A stretch of DNA of 63,672 nucleotides, the filler included, from Octopus bimaculoides (lineage: Eukaryota): assembly GCF_001194135.2 (NCBI RefSeq). It is 5 parts of 5 records of this genome, joined end to end, with 100 filler letters (N's around TTAATTAATTAA, not from the genome) between each part and the next. Parts side by side here need not be neighbours in the genome. Positions count along the whole stretch, not along the records: positions 1 to 7,701 come from NC_069009.1; positions 7,802 to 31,608 come from NC_068982.1; 3 more parts are not named here. One strand, 5' to 3'. Of this stretch, positions 1 through 10,429 are shown one piece after another. A program made the position numbers and the translations under genes. The notes beneath the pieces were generated by a model. It searched no databases and was not told the origin of the DNA. It worked only from the letters and a program-made list of their open reading frames with translations. Position 1 is the first letter of the stretch. Each line of letters begins with the position of its first letter.

Positions 1-273
1 TGCCATCGGGGTCGCGGTCGACGCCGTCGTCATCGTCGTCGTCGTAGTGCTAGAAACAGCCTCGCTGTCGCTACTGAAAGCCTCGTTGTCGTTGCCGCCG
101 TCTTCGGCCATCTTGTACCCGGCAATTGCAATCCAGCCGTCGTGGTGGTCGTAGGATTGGTGTTGCTGGCAATGACGATGGTAGATTTCTGGATCGAAAT
201 CTTCGTCGTAGTCTGAAGGGTCGGCTGTGGATTGGACTGTGATGGCTGCGGCGTAGCTGTACTCCCCCTTCAT
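1..273 (-). CDS. Probable 5' coding exon of an unidentified host gene, running off the left edge of the window
   Basis: Manual translation from ATG at 273 to base 1 gives 91 codons with no stop: MKGEYSYAAAITVQSTADPSDYDEDFDPEIYHRHCQQHQSYDHHDGWIAIAGYKMAEDGGNDNEAFSSDSEAVSSTTTTTMTTASTATPMA. There is an in-frame TAA upstream at 309-307. The segment is visibly GC/CpG-richer than its flanks. No domain recognised. Confidence 0.55.
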   Translation of the reverse strand, partial: MKGEYSYAAAITVQSTADPSDYDEDFDPEIYHRHCQQHQSYDHHDGWIAIAGYKMAEDGGNDNEAFSSDSEAVSSTTTTTMTTASTATPMA

Positions 274-879
274 ATGTCTGACTTTACTCTTACTAATGTT
301 ACAATCTTAATAAATGTAGTAGTAGTAGTAGAGGTGGTAATGGTGGTAGTAGTTGTGGTGGTGGTGTTGATAATGTTATTGTAGTTGTCACTGTTTAGTT
401 CCAGGTAAGTTCTGATCTAACAACAAACCTATTAAAAAAATCAAACGACACTCCGGCCATGACCATCTCGTCTTGTTTTTTTTTTTTCCTTTTCGTTTTC
501 AGGATTTATTTCAGGTTACATTGTCCAATGTCCCCTTTCGTGTTCTTTAAAACAAACAAACAAAAAACATTTAAAACGACTATAAAAGAGTTATTATTTG
601 AGGGTGATTTGGCTGCTATTTTTCGCAGATCGAGTGACCACCTTTGTTATTGCTGGTTAAGCTGTTGGCCGAACGGCCGAATTACTGGTAGTATCCGCCG
701 TGTTGTTGTTGTTTTTGTTGCTGGTAGTGGTGGTGGTGGTGGTGTTTTAGCCCTCGGTCGGCGCCGATCCAGCTGACCTATGATTTAAAACGCAATCTGG
801 TCTTGGATCGAATCGATGGCTAAAAAGACACTCTGCATTATTCAATGCTGACCTTCATTAATTTTGATCGATATGGTAT

Positions 880-1756
880 AATATGAAAGAGGTTTAGCTG
901 CTGTTTCTAGCCAACCGGGTAGAGATACTTCGCCTGCGTTGGCTTAAATATCAAACTTCTTTTGAAAATGTGATGTAACCATCACGTTTTAAAACAGTTG
1001 GGTGTTATATATGCGAGATTTGGCAGCTATTTCTACCGGTCAGCTAGCCAGGTAGAAGCGTTGACTCAAATATTTTGAATTGAAAAGTGAAAATAGAAGG
1101 TGTCCTTCACTTTTTAAGTCGGTATGTTGTGATTTGTATGAGATCTGACTGCTATTTCCAGCGACCAAGTGGCGGGGTAAAGACGTTCTCGCAGGCGCAA
1201 ATATTTTTGAGTTGCTATTTCTAACGATTTAGCAACCAGGTTGTAACTCTCATTGGCACAAATATTACAAACATTTTGAACAGTGAAAATGTACTGTGTC
1301 CTTCACTTTCAAAGTGATTTGTATGAGATGTGGCTGCTATTTCCAGCAGCCAGGCAACCAGAGAGAGATTCCCGCCGGCTCAATTATTTTAAATTTGCTG
1401 AAATTTGAAAACGTAATGTCCTTCCTTTTTAAGACGGTAGGGTGTGACTTGAGTGAGATTTAGCTGTTATATCTAGCGGCTAGGCATTTGAATAGAGAAG
1501 CTCTCGATGGTACAAATACATAAAAAATTTTGAAAAGTGAAAATGTAATATGTCCTTTTTTTTAAAAATCGGTTAGGAGTGATTTGTGGGAGATTTGGCA
1601 GTTATTTCCAGCGGTCAAGCGGTTGGACAGAGAAGCTCTTGATGGTTCTATTATTAAAATTTTTCTTTGGAAAGTGAAAATGTAATGTCCTTCATTTTTT
1701 AAAGCAATAAGGTATGATTTGTTGGAGATTTGGTCGCTACATCCTGTAGTCAAAGC

Positions 1757-1824
<68 letters not shown>

Positions 1825-1935
1825 TCACGGTGGCTCAAATATTTTTAACTTGTTGAAATTTGAAAATGTAATATATCCTTCCCCCTTTCAAACGATAAAA
1901 TGTAATTTGAGGGACATTTAACTGCTGTTTCTTGA
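880..1935. repeat. Degenerate ~125-bp tandem array (about 8 units plus one partial unit)
   Basis: The recurring blocks GAGATTTGGCTGCTATTTC and TGAAAATGTAATGTCC appear near 890, 1016, 1140, 1326, 1455, 1590, 1725 and 1905. A related single motif occurs near 600 and near 34195. Confidence 0.8.
1760..1821. repeat. (AG)n microsatellite inside the tandem array
   Basis: Direct reading. Confidence 0.98.
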
Positions 1936-2506
1936 CGTTTCCTTCGTCAGTGGATTGTCGGTAGTATTGTTGTTGATGTTGGTATTGTTGTTGTCATTCC
2001 AATGGACATAAAAATATCCGTATGTGGTCGAAAACTGACCACTTGTAAACCACTACAATCAGTCGTCTGCCTGATCAATTACTCATTTCTCAGTGCCGCC
2101 ACCTATCGGTGTTATTGCAACTGCTGTTGCTGCTGCTGTTGTTGTTGTAATTACTGTTACTGTTGCTGCTGTTGTTGTAATTACTGTTACTGTTGCTGTT
2201 GTCCACAATGTCAAGGGCGCCGACCGATTTTCGGTTATTGGCATAAGTCTGGAATCTCGCTTTCAATGGCGTCCACGCAAACGCCGATTTCTGAACCTGA
2301 TATTGTTAATCGTGTCCATGTCGCTGCTGTTACTGTTGTGATTGCTGTTGTTCATAGCAACAGCAGCATTTCTCAACCGGGACCCATACAGCCCTTTGGC
2401 GGTCCATATAAGATTATTTTGTTGTTAAAATTTATGCGCGATAGATTGGGTGTACTTCTACAGTACACAAGATATTAAATTTCTTTTGTATACATAGTTG
2501 ATAGTT

Positions 2507-2668
2507 GCAGGTGTGGCTACGTGGTAAGAAGCTTCCCTCCTAACTACATAGTACCGAGTTCAATCCCACTGCGTGGTACCTTGGGCAAGTGTCTTCTACT
2601 ATAGCTTCGGCCCGACCAAAAACTTGTGAGTGGATTTGGTAGATGGAAACTGAAAGAAGCCTGTCGTA
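2507..2668 (+). mobile_element. SINE family B, 5' half (tRNA-like head plus CORE-like block)
   Basis: A-box-like TGGCTACGTGG and B-box-like GAGTTCAATCCC, followed by GGTACCTTGGGCAAGTGTCTTCT, which resembles the CORE-SINE domain. The same sequence occurs inverted at 22376, 28955 and 33825. Confidence 0.8.
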
Positions 2669-2699
2669 TATATATATATATATATATATCTTTCATTCC

Positions 2700-2788
2700 C
2701 TTACTTGCTTCAGTCATTTGACTGCGGCCATGCTGGAGCACCGCCTATAGTCGAACAAATCGACCCCAGGACTTATTCTTTGCAAGCC
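2700..2788 (-). mobile_element. SINE family B, 3' tail fragment
   Basis: TTACTTGCTTCAGTCATTTGACTGCGGCCATGCTGGAGCACCGCC...ATCGACCCCAGGACTTATTC; repeated at 6075, 14793, 28565, 28800 and 33430. Confidence 0.8.
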
Positions 2789-3280
2789 TAATGTGTTGGA
2801 AACAAAATACGAATTTTGAAAGAAGTTTCTATAAAACTAGTTTCTTAAACAATGAATGACTATAAAGGTCCACCAGAATAAAATAGTTACATAGGTAAAA
2901 ACTGGTCGTGAACCACAAACCTTAACAAACCAAAAAATACAAGGTACACACTATACAATAGGAAAGTTAATAAAATAACACGCTCCATTTGTACTCTACA
3001 GGTCAGATACCCAACAGAAAACCACAACTCGCATTATATAAAGGATTATACAAACACAGATGCAATAAAAGACTCGAGCCAAAACTCATAACAAAATAAA
3101 TTGATGCAATACGATACCAGGAAGAGTTTTGTACATCTCAATCCCATCGCCAAAAAAAAACAAACAAACAACAACATAGAAACAGAATACACGATGCTGC
3201 ACACACGTTAGCAACACTAAGGAGGTAGCAGGTGATGCAGTTGAAATTCGCGAAAAATTAATAGTAATAATTATTTCCAT

Positions 3281-3473
3281 AAGGCCTGAAAGTTTGGGGG
3301 AAGGGATTAAGTCGATTATATCGACCCCAGTGCGTAACTGGTACTTATTTCATCGACCCCGAAAGTACTAGAGGCAAAATGGACCTCGGCAGAATTTGAG
3401 CTCAGAACGTAAGGACGAAATGCCGCTAAGCATTTTGCTCAGCGTTCTAACGATTCTGCCAGCTCGCCTCCTT
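3281..3473 (-). mobile_element. SINE family A (tRNA-derived head GGCGGCGAGCTGGCAGAA)
   Basis: Reverse complement of the copy at 15556-15789; ends at the ...GGCCTT tail next to TAA repeats. Confidence 0.85.
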
Positions 3474-4381
3474 AAAATCTAATAATAATAATAATCATTC
3501 TTCCCGACCCATATACACTCACAGGGCCGGTTTCTCTGTCTCCATGGCACAGCTATTCCCTCACCCATCCACCCACCGGTGGGCGGGGTACTGGTCTGTC
3601 ACAGGGTTACTCATTTTTGCCAGCTGATTGGACTGGATCNNNNNNNNNNNNNNNNNNNNNNNNNNNNNNNNNNNNNNNNNNNNNNNNNNNNNNNNNNNNN
3701 NNNNNNNNNNNNNNNNNNNNNNNNNNNNNNNNNNNNNNNNNNNNNNNNNNNNNNNNNNNNNNNNNNNNNNNNNNNNNNNNNNNNNNNNNNNNNNNNNNNN
3801 NNNNNNNNNNNNNNNNNNNNNNNNNNNNNNNNNNNNNNNNNNNNNNNNNNNNNNNNNNNNNNNNNNNNNNNNNNNNNNNNNNNNNNNNNNNNNNNNNNNN
3901 NNNNNNNNNNNNNNNNNNNNNNNNNNNNNNNNNNNNNNNNNNNNNNNNNNNNNNNNNNNNNNNNNNNNNNNNNNNNNNNNNNNNNNNNNNNNNNNNNNNN
4001 NNNNNNNNNNNNNNNNNNNNNNNNNNNNNNNNNNNNNNNNNNNNNNNNNNNNNNNNNNNNNNNNNNNNNNNNNNNNNNNNNNNNNNNNNNNNNNNNNNNN
4101 NNNNNNNNNNNNNNNNNNNNNNNNNNNNNNNNNNNNNNNNNNNNNNNNNNNNNNNNNNNNNNNNNNNNNNNNNNNNNNNNNNNNNNNNNNNNNNNNNNNN
4201 NNNNNNNNNNNNNNNNNNNNNNNNNNNNNNNNNNNNNNNNNNNNNNNNNNNNNNNNNNNNNNNNNNNNNNNNNNNNNNNNNNNNNNNNNNNNNNNNNNNN
4301 NNNNNNNNNNNNNNNNNNNNNNNNNNNNNNNNNNNNNATAACAAAAGGATGTATTAGTATGACGCTCGGGAATACGGAAAG

Positions 4382-4418
4382 TCTTTGACGTTTCGAGCTA
4401 CGCTCTTCAACAGAAAGA
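4382..4418 (-). ncRNA. Minimal type I hammerhead-ribozyme-like motif with variant core CUGUUGA
   Basis: Minus strand reads UCUUU-CUGUUGA-A-GAGC-GUA-GCUC-GAAAC-GUC-AAAGA: 5-bp stem I, 4-bp stem II, GAAA, and a GUC cleavage triplet. Confidence 0.6.
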
Positions 4419-5091
4419 ATACGGAGACAAGGAGAAAAACACGGAGAAAAAAATTGAATAGTGTCCAGTCAACGGTCAAGGATAAAGAGAGCAATGGTAA
4501 AGTTGGAAATATATATATATATATATAATAATAATACAAATGATATATGAGCATCTGCATGTATGCGTACATATATGTACATACCTACATCTACATGTAT
4601 ATATAGATGCATATCCGGGTACAGGACGTCAAAAAAGGAAAGGGAACATAAATAAAGCACAAAAAACGGACTTTTTTTACGGACAACAGAATGAATACAT
4701 AGGAAAACGGACGAGTCACTTATGGAACTTTTCCTTCATCACCTACCACTATTCTAAACTAGGCGTTTCGAAGATGAGGCAGAACGCGCTCTTAGAATAG
4801 CTCTCCTCGCGAAATGGATTAACCTGCTAAGCGGAAGGTTCCAAGGTAGCAAACAAAAACCAAGACAGGAAAAATTAAACAGTGAAAACAATATATATAT
4901 ATAAATATATACACGCCCCACACACACACACATATATATATATATATACAGAGAACCAATGGATGAGATCGAGAGAATCTAAATATAGAAAACACTTTGT
5001 AGCGCTCAAATGATTTGAACTTACACTCCAACATGTTTACCGAGGCCCAAGTCAACAGGGTAAAGAGTAACTATAAGGGAATCTTATCTAT

Positions 5092-5204
5092 CCACCCTGA
5101 TGAAGGAAGCTCTGAATTTTACCAATGTTTATTTGCTTGCATTAACTGACGAACGACACCTGCCCACATTATGAAGTAACTCTGAGCCTCCAGAAACAGC
5201 TGTC
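5092..5204 (+). ncRNA. Hammerhead-like motif with long loop II and palindromic stem III
   Basis: CTGATGA at 5097-5103, then GGAAGCTC...GAGCCTCC (7 of 8 bp pair), then GAAAC-AGCT-GTC. Stem I is poorly paired. Confidence 0.5.
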
Positions 5205-5344
5205 GCTTTCTCCTCTCTAATTCTTTGATTCTATGTAATCTGAGTAAGCTTGCTCTATTAAAACTATATATATATTGTTAACCATTAAAACCCATGATTT
5301 TATCTATTTTAATCACTGTCTCTCTGTCTGTCTGTCTGTCTGTC

Positions 5345-5552
5345 TCTCACTCTTACTTCCTGTTTCTGTTGTGCCTGTATTTCAAAGGGGTCAGCCGTGT
5401 CACACTCTGTGTCACGCTGAATCTCCCCGAGAACTACGTTAAGGGTACACGTGTCTGTGGAGTGCTCAACCACGTGCACGTTAATTTCACGAGCAGGCTG
5501 TTCCGTTGGTCGTATCAACTGGAACCCTCGACGTCGTAAGCGACCGAGTGCC
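5345..5552 (+). mobile_element. SINE family D, 3' half
   Basis: CACGTTAATTTCACGAGCAGGCTGTTCCG...GACGTCGTAAGCGAC; reverse complement of 30323-30530. Confidence 0.85.
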
Positions 5553-5933
5553 AGACAAATACACGAATAAGCATTTAAATTTGATTGGATCGTTGATATA
5601 ATATTCGTTACAAACTGGGTGTTTGTTGGTTTGTTGTTTTGTGGTGGGGTGAAAATAATTATTAATTCATTTACTGTACAAATCATAACGTAACAATAAA
5701 TTTTGAATTAATGTGTGGATGCGTGCATATTAAGGAGTATAAGATATTATATGTGCAAATATATTTAAGAGTAAATTATAAGTGTATCAATCATACAATG
5801 TATTTATGTATACACTATTCCAATTGATGAAAATCTATTAATATTGACTTAATTAGGTGTCTGCCAATTATGTATTATCAATGCAACCATTAATTCATTT
5901 ATCTCTATGTTTAGATATATATTACATAAACAG

Positions 5934-6317
5934 GTGCGGGCATGGTTGTGTAGTTAAGAAGCTCGCTTCGCAACCACACGGTTTCGAGTTCGGTTCCACT
6001 ACCTGGCACATCGGGACGACTATAGCATTGTGAATGAATTTGGCGTGTGGAAACTCGTCGTGTATACTCTCTTTTTACTTGTTTCAGTCACTTGACTGCA
6101 GCCATGCTGGAGCACCGCCTTTAGTCGAAGAAATCGACCCCAGGACTTATTCTTTGTAAGCCTAGTACTTATTCTATCGGTATTTTTTGCCGAACCGCTA
6201 AGTTACGGGGACATAAACACACCAGCGATGTTGTGGGGACAAACATAGACACACAAACACATACACACACACACATATATATACATATATACGGCGGGCT
6301 TCTTCCAGTTTCCGTCT
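5934..6317. mobile_element. Degenerate SINE B head (+, 5934-6060) abutting a minus-strand SINE B (6075-6317, cut by a gap)
   Basis: The head has GGTTGTGTAGTTAAGAAG and GAGTTCGGTTCC boxes. The following block matches the family B tail and runs into GGGCTTCTTCCAGTTTCCGTCT. Confidence 0.75.
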
Positions 6318-7069
6318 NNNNNNNNNNNNNNNNNNNNNNNNNNNNNNNNNNNNNNNNNNNNNNNNNNNNNNNNNNNNNNNNNNNNNNNNNNNNNNNNNNN
6401 NNNNNNNNNNNNNNNNNNNNNNNNNNNNNNNNNNNNNNNNNNNNNNNNNNNNNNNNNNNNNNNNNNNNNNNNNNNNNNNNNNNNNNNNNNNNNNNNNNNN
6501 NNNNNNNNNNNNNNNNNNNNNNNNNNNNNNNNNNNNNNNNNNNNNNNNNNNNNNNNNNNNNNNNNNNNNNNNNNNNNNNNNNNNNNNNNNNNNNNNNNNN
6601 NNNNNNNNNNNNNNNNNNNNNNNNNNNNNNNNNNNNNNNNNNNNNNNNNNNNNNNNNNNNNNNNNNNNNNNNNNNNNNNNNNNNNNNNNNNNNNNNNNNN
6701 NNNNNNNNNNNNNNNNNNNNNNNNNNNNNNNNNNNNNNNNNNNNNNNNNNNNNNNNNNNNNNNNNNNNNNNNNNNNNNNNNNNNNNNNNNNNNNNNNNNN
6801 NNNNNNNNNNNNNNNNNNNNNNNNNNNNNNNNNNNNNNNNNNNNNNNNNNNNNNNNNNNNNNNNNNNNNNNNNNNNNNNNNNNNNNNNNNNNNNNNNNNN
6901 NNNNNNNNNNNNNNNNNNNNNNNNNNNNNNNNNNNNNNNNNNNNNNNNNNNNNNNNNNNNNNNNNNNNNNNNNNNNNNNNNNNNNNNNNNNNNNNNNNNN
7001 NNNNGGGCGGGGCGGAGAACCGATGACAAACTCGTCATCATCGCATTCCCCGACGAACGAAACAGCTTG

Positions 7070-7094
7070 TTTTCTCTCCCTCCTTCATTAATTC

Positions 7095-7129
<35 letters not shown>

Positions 7130-7460
7130 TCAGTCATTCTTCCTTTCTTCCTTCCTTCCTCCTTTTTTACCTTCTTTCTTTGCTTCTTTCTTTCTTCCTC
7201 CCTTTTTTCTTTCGTCTTTTTTCCTTTTCTTTATTACTCTCTTTTCCCTTGCTTCCTTTCTTTCTTTATTTCTTTCATCAATTCATTCTTTCTTCCTTTT
7301 TCATCCTTCCTTCCTTTCTTTCCTTCATTCCTTCTTTTCTTTCTTTCATTTTTTCATTCATTCATTCTTTCTTTCTTTCTTTATTCATTCATCGATTCTT
7401 TCTTTCTTTCTTTCTTTCTTTTACTTTATTCCTTCCTTCATTTTTGCTTCCCTCTTTCAC
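7070..7460. repeat. Polypyrimidine (TTTC/TTCC/TTCA) low-complexity tract
   Basis: Direct reading. Confidence 0.95.
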
Positions 7461-7745
7461 AGTTGGTTTCTTCAAAGGCGGCCAAGCTGGCCGAATCGTT
7501 GGCACGCCGCTGGACAAAATGCATTACAGCACTTTGACCATTTAACGTTCCAAACTCCACGACAACTTTAACATGAAATAACTTATTAAGAACTAATTTT
7601 TGTTAAGAAGGCTAAGAGAAAAAGATGTTTTATATGACACATTCTACCAGTGTCCCAAGTTTGAAAGTGTTTCGTTAAGAAAACAAGTGTTGCCCGTCAA
7701 ANNNNNNNNNNNNNNNNNNNNNNNNNNNNNNNNNNNNNNNNNNNN

Positions 7746-7757
7746 TTAATTAATTAA
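7746..7757. other. Artificial scaffold spacer TTAATTAATTAA inside a 100-bp gap (also at 31653-31664, 56150-56161, 59902-59913)
   Basis: The same 12-mer, which has stops in all six frames, sits centred in N runs four times (44 N on each side at the first site). Confidence 0.95.
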
Positions 7758-7849
7758 NNNNNNNNNNNNNNNNNNNNNNNNNNNNNNNNNNNNNNNNNNN
7801 NCTCTTCCTCTCTTTCTGCCAAATAATTAATAAGATACACGAAAACTTG

Positions 7850-7996
7850 TACGTGTGTGTAAATGTATATATATATATATATATAATATCATATGTATAT
7901 CATATTATACATACGAGCATATATATATATATATATATTATTTATTTATTCTTATATCATATCATGCGTGTGTATATATATGTGTATATATATATG

Positions 7997-8027
<31 letters not shown>

Positions 8028-8056
8028 GTGTATTTATATATATATACATATATGTG

Positions 8057-8119
<63 letters not shown>

Positions 8120-8343
8120 ATATATGTATATGCATATATATGTATAAAGATACACACACATATACACTCAATTTTGGCGTTTCTATTCTGGAATATTCAC
8201 CGCTACAATCATTACTATCAGCGACAAATCACAATCCAGCATTACAATTCCTCCTTCCCTATTCATTTTGCAATTGTTTTTCATCACCCCATCATGGCAA
8301 ACTGATTTTTGCACCCTTAGCCTAAATTCATTTCTTCATTAGA

Positions 8344-8382
<39 letters not shown>

Positions 8383-9114
8383 NNNNNNNNNNNNNNNNNN
8401 NNNNNNNNNNNNNNNNNNNNNNNNNNNNNNNNNNNNNNNNNNNNNNNNNNNNNNNNNNNNNNNNNNNNNNNNNNNNNNNNNNNNNNNNNNNNNNNNNNNN
8501 NNNNNNNNNNNNNNNNNNNNNNNNNNNNNNNNNNNNNNNNNNNNNNNNNNNNNNNNNNNNNNNNNNNNNNNNNNNNNNNNNNNNNNNNNNNNNNNNNNNN
8601 NNNNNNNNNNNNNNNNNNNNNNNNNNNNNNNNNNNNNNNNNNNNNNNNNNNNNNNNNNNNNNNNNNNNNNNNNNNNNNNNNNNNNNNNNNNNNNNNNNNN
8701 NNNNNNNNNNNNNNNNNNNNNNNNNNNNNNNNNNNNNNNNNNNNNNNNNNNNNNNNNNNNNNNNNNNNNNNNNNNNNNNNNNNNNNNNNNNNNNNNNNNN
8801 NNNNNNNNNNNNNNNNNNNNNNNNNNNNNNNNNNNNNNNNNNNNNNNNNNNNNNNNNNNNNNNNNNNNNNNNNNNNNNNNNNNNNNNNNNNNNNNNNNNN
8901 NNNNNNNNNNNNNNNNNNNNNNNNNNNNNNNNNNNNNNNNNNNNNNNNNNNNNNNNNNNNNNNNNNNNNCAATAAAATATTTTTTTATCCACCTTGTATA
9001 TTTACTGACACTTACCTTCTTTAGTTTTTTTTTCCTTGCCTTTGTTGCCCTTTCATTTACTTCTCTGTACTCCTCAACTCTTTCTACTCATCTCCTCTCT
9101 GCTTCTCTGCTTCT

Positions 9115-9164
<50 letters not shown>

Positions 9165-9353
9165 TCTCTCACTCACTCTTTCTTATACTATGATTTCTCT
9201 TTCATACGCTTCTTTTTTCATTTTTCGCTTTACACACACACACACACGCACACACACACACACGCACACACACACACGCACACACACACACGCACAAATG
9301 CATACACAAACACATACACACACATATGTAGACAGGCAGACAGACAGACAGAC

Positions 9354-9393
<40 letters not shown>

Positions 9394-9415
9394 TGATAGA
9401 TAGCTAGACACATTC
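7850..9415. repeat. Compound (TA)/(TG)/(CT)/(CA)/(GATA) microsatellites flanking an N gap
   Basis: Direct reading; source of the many YIYI/HTHT pseudo-ORFs. Confidence 0.9.
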
Positions 9416-9428
9416 ATACGTACTTATA

Positions 9429-9886
9429 TACGAGGTACGTTCAAAGAGTATCCGATTTTATTTTTACCAGACAAAGCCAACGCTGCGGGTACAAAATCTC
9501 TTGGATGGTAATGTCACCCCTCCTGCGCAAGTGCGAAAATTTTCACGCCGCTAGACCGCGTCAATTCTCGGTTGTTACGCCCAGAATATAGACGTGTTGT
9601 GCGCGCGCTCGTCGGATTTTCGCTTGCATGCATGATGACTGAACGCATCAAGCAGAGGCCATAAATCCATCAACAATGATGAGGATCTTCATGAAGTTTG
9701 GGATGTAGTTCGCACACTCCTGCATGTTCTGTGCTTCTGCCGCACCACCAGTAGCTTGGGAACAAATTTCGCCGACACTCTCCGTATGCATAAATTTTCC
9801 GTAAAAATGGAAATCACTCAGCCTGTGTTTATTTCCACTTCGTGAGCAATTTCCTGGATTGTTACATCACGGTCTTCCATAAAGTA
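9429..9886. mobile_element. Rearranged mariner remnant: left TIR and transposase start (+), followed by an inverted internal segment (-)
   Basis: TACGAGG...TTCAAAGAGTATCCG terminus, then ATG ACT GAA CGC ATC AAG CAG AGG (MTERIKQR) at 9635. From 9886 to 9661 the minus strand encodes EDRDVTIQEIAHEV...RRVSAKFVPKLL...PNFMKILIIVD, typical mariner transposase motifs. Confidence 0.75.
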
Positions 9887-10429
9887 TCTCTTGCATAAAA
9901 ATCACAGCATATCTTTCTTGTCTTCATGTCAAGGATTACAGTCATTGCGATATTAACTTTTCCAAGAAGAAACGTTGGGTTGCTTGTAGTTCTGCCGTTA
10001 CAACAATATTGTATGGTGACCACCGTTGCGATTAATCATCCAAAATGAATGTTCTCTACACAACCAGCAGTGTTTCTTTGTTCTTTTTAATTGTTGTTGT
10101 TGCAGAGTTACCATCTTAGCAATGTGTACGTGAAAAGATGCATCACCACTTATCCATACATTTAACTCCATGTCACGCACTGACATTCTGGGTTTAAATA
10201 CCTCCAAGTACTGTGAATGCTGACTGCGGCGTGTTTGCAGGCTGACAGCAAAAAGCTTGAAACTCTCTAATATCAAATTGCACGTTGTTTTCTTTAGCTT
10301 ACTTGAATACTGCATTTAAGTTTTACTGCAGATTTGTAACTACATCAGGGTTGTTAACTGCCTGTTAACATTGTTAGCATAGCCAGTGGCAGTCGCTGCC
10401 AGTACATCTGCAACTCTCTCAGTCTTCCA

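Larger units (their letters stand above)
4340..5290. mobile_element. Cluster of Penelope-like pseudo-LTR remnants carrying hammerhead-like motifs
   Basis: Two hammerhead-like folds (4382-4418 minus, 5092-5204 plus) and a further degenerate CTTCGAAACG motif near 4765. The assignment to Penelope-like elements rests on the known association of minimal hammerheads with PLE repeats. Confidence 0.5.

Noticed and set aside
1925-1960. CUGACGA-AG-GAAAC-GUC on the minus strand, hammerhead-like
   Set aside because: No stem II and no stem I pairing.
2002-2478. 158-aa Cys-rich plus-strand ORF resembling a metallothionein or keratin-associated protein
   Set aside because: The Cys runs come from (TGT/TGC)n microsatellites, and the flanking residues show no family motif.
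2860-2960. Possible YIGKTGR (GIY-YIG) motif after a one-base shift
   Set aside because: No supporting upstream or downstream endonuclease motifs.
3579-4388. Long ORFs spanning N gaps (also at 6169, 8328, 13478, 15826, 23817, 39449, 48932, 53906)
   Set aside because: They are open only because N codons are not stops.
7746-7757. Recurrent TTAATTAATTAA motif, four copies
   Set aside because: Always centred in fixed-length N runs; an assembly spacer, not biology.
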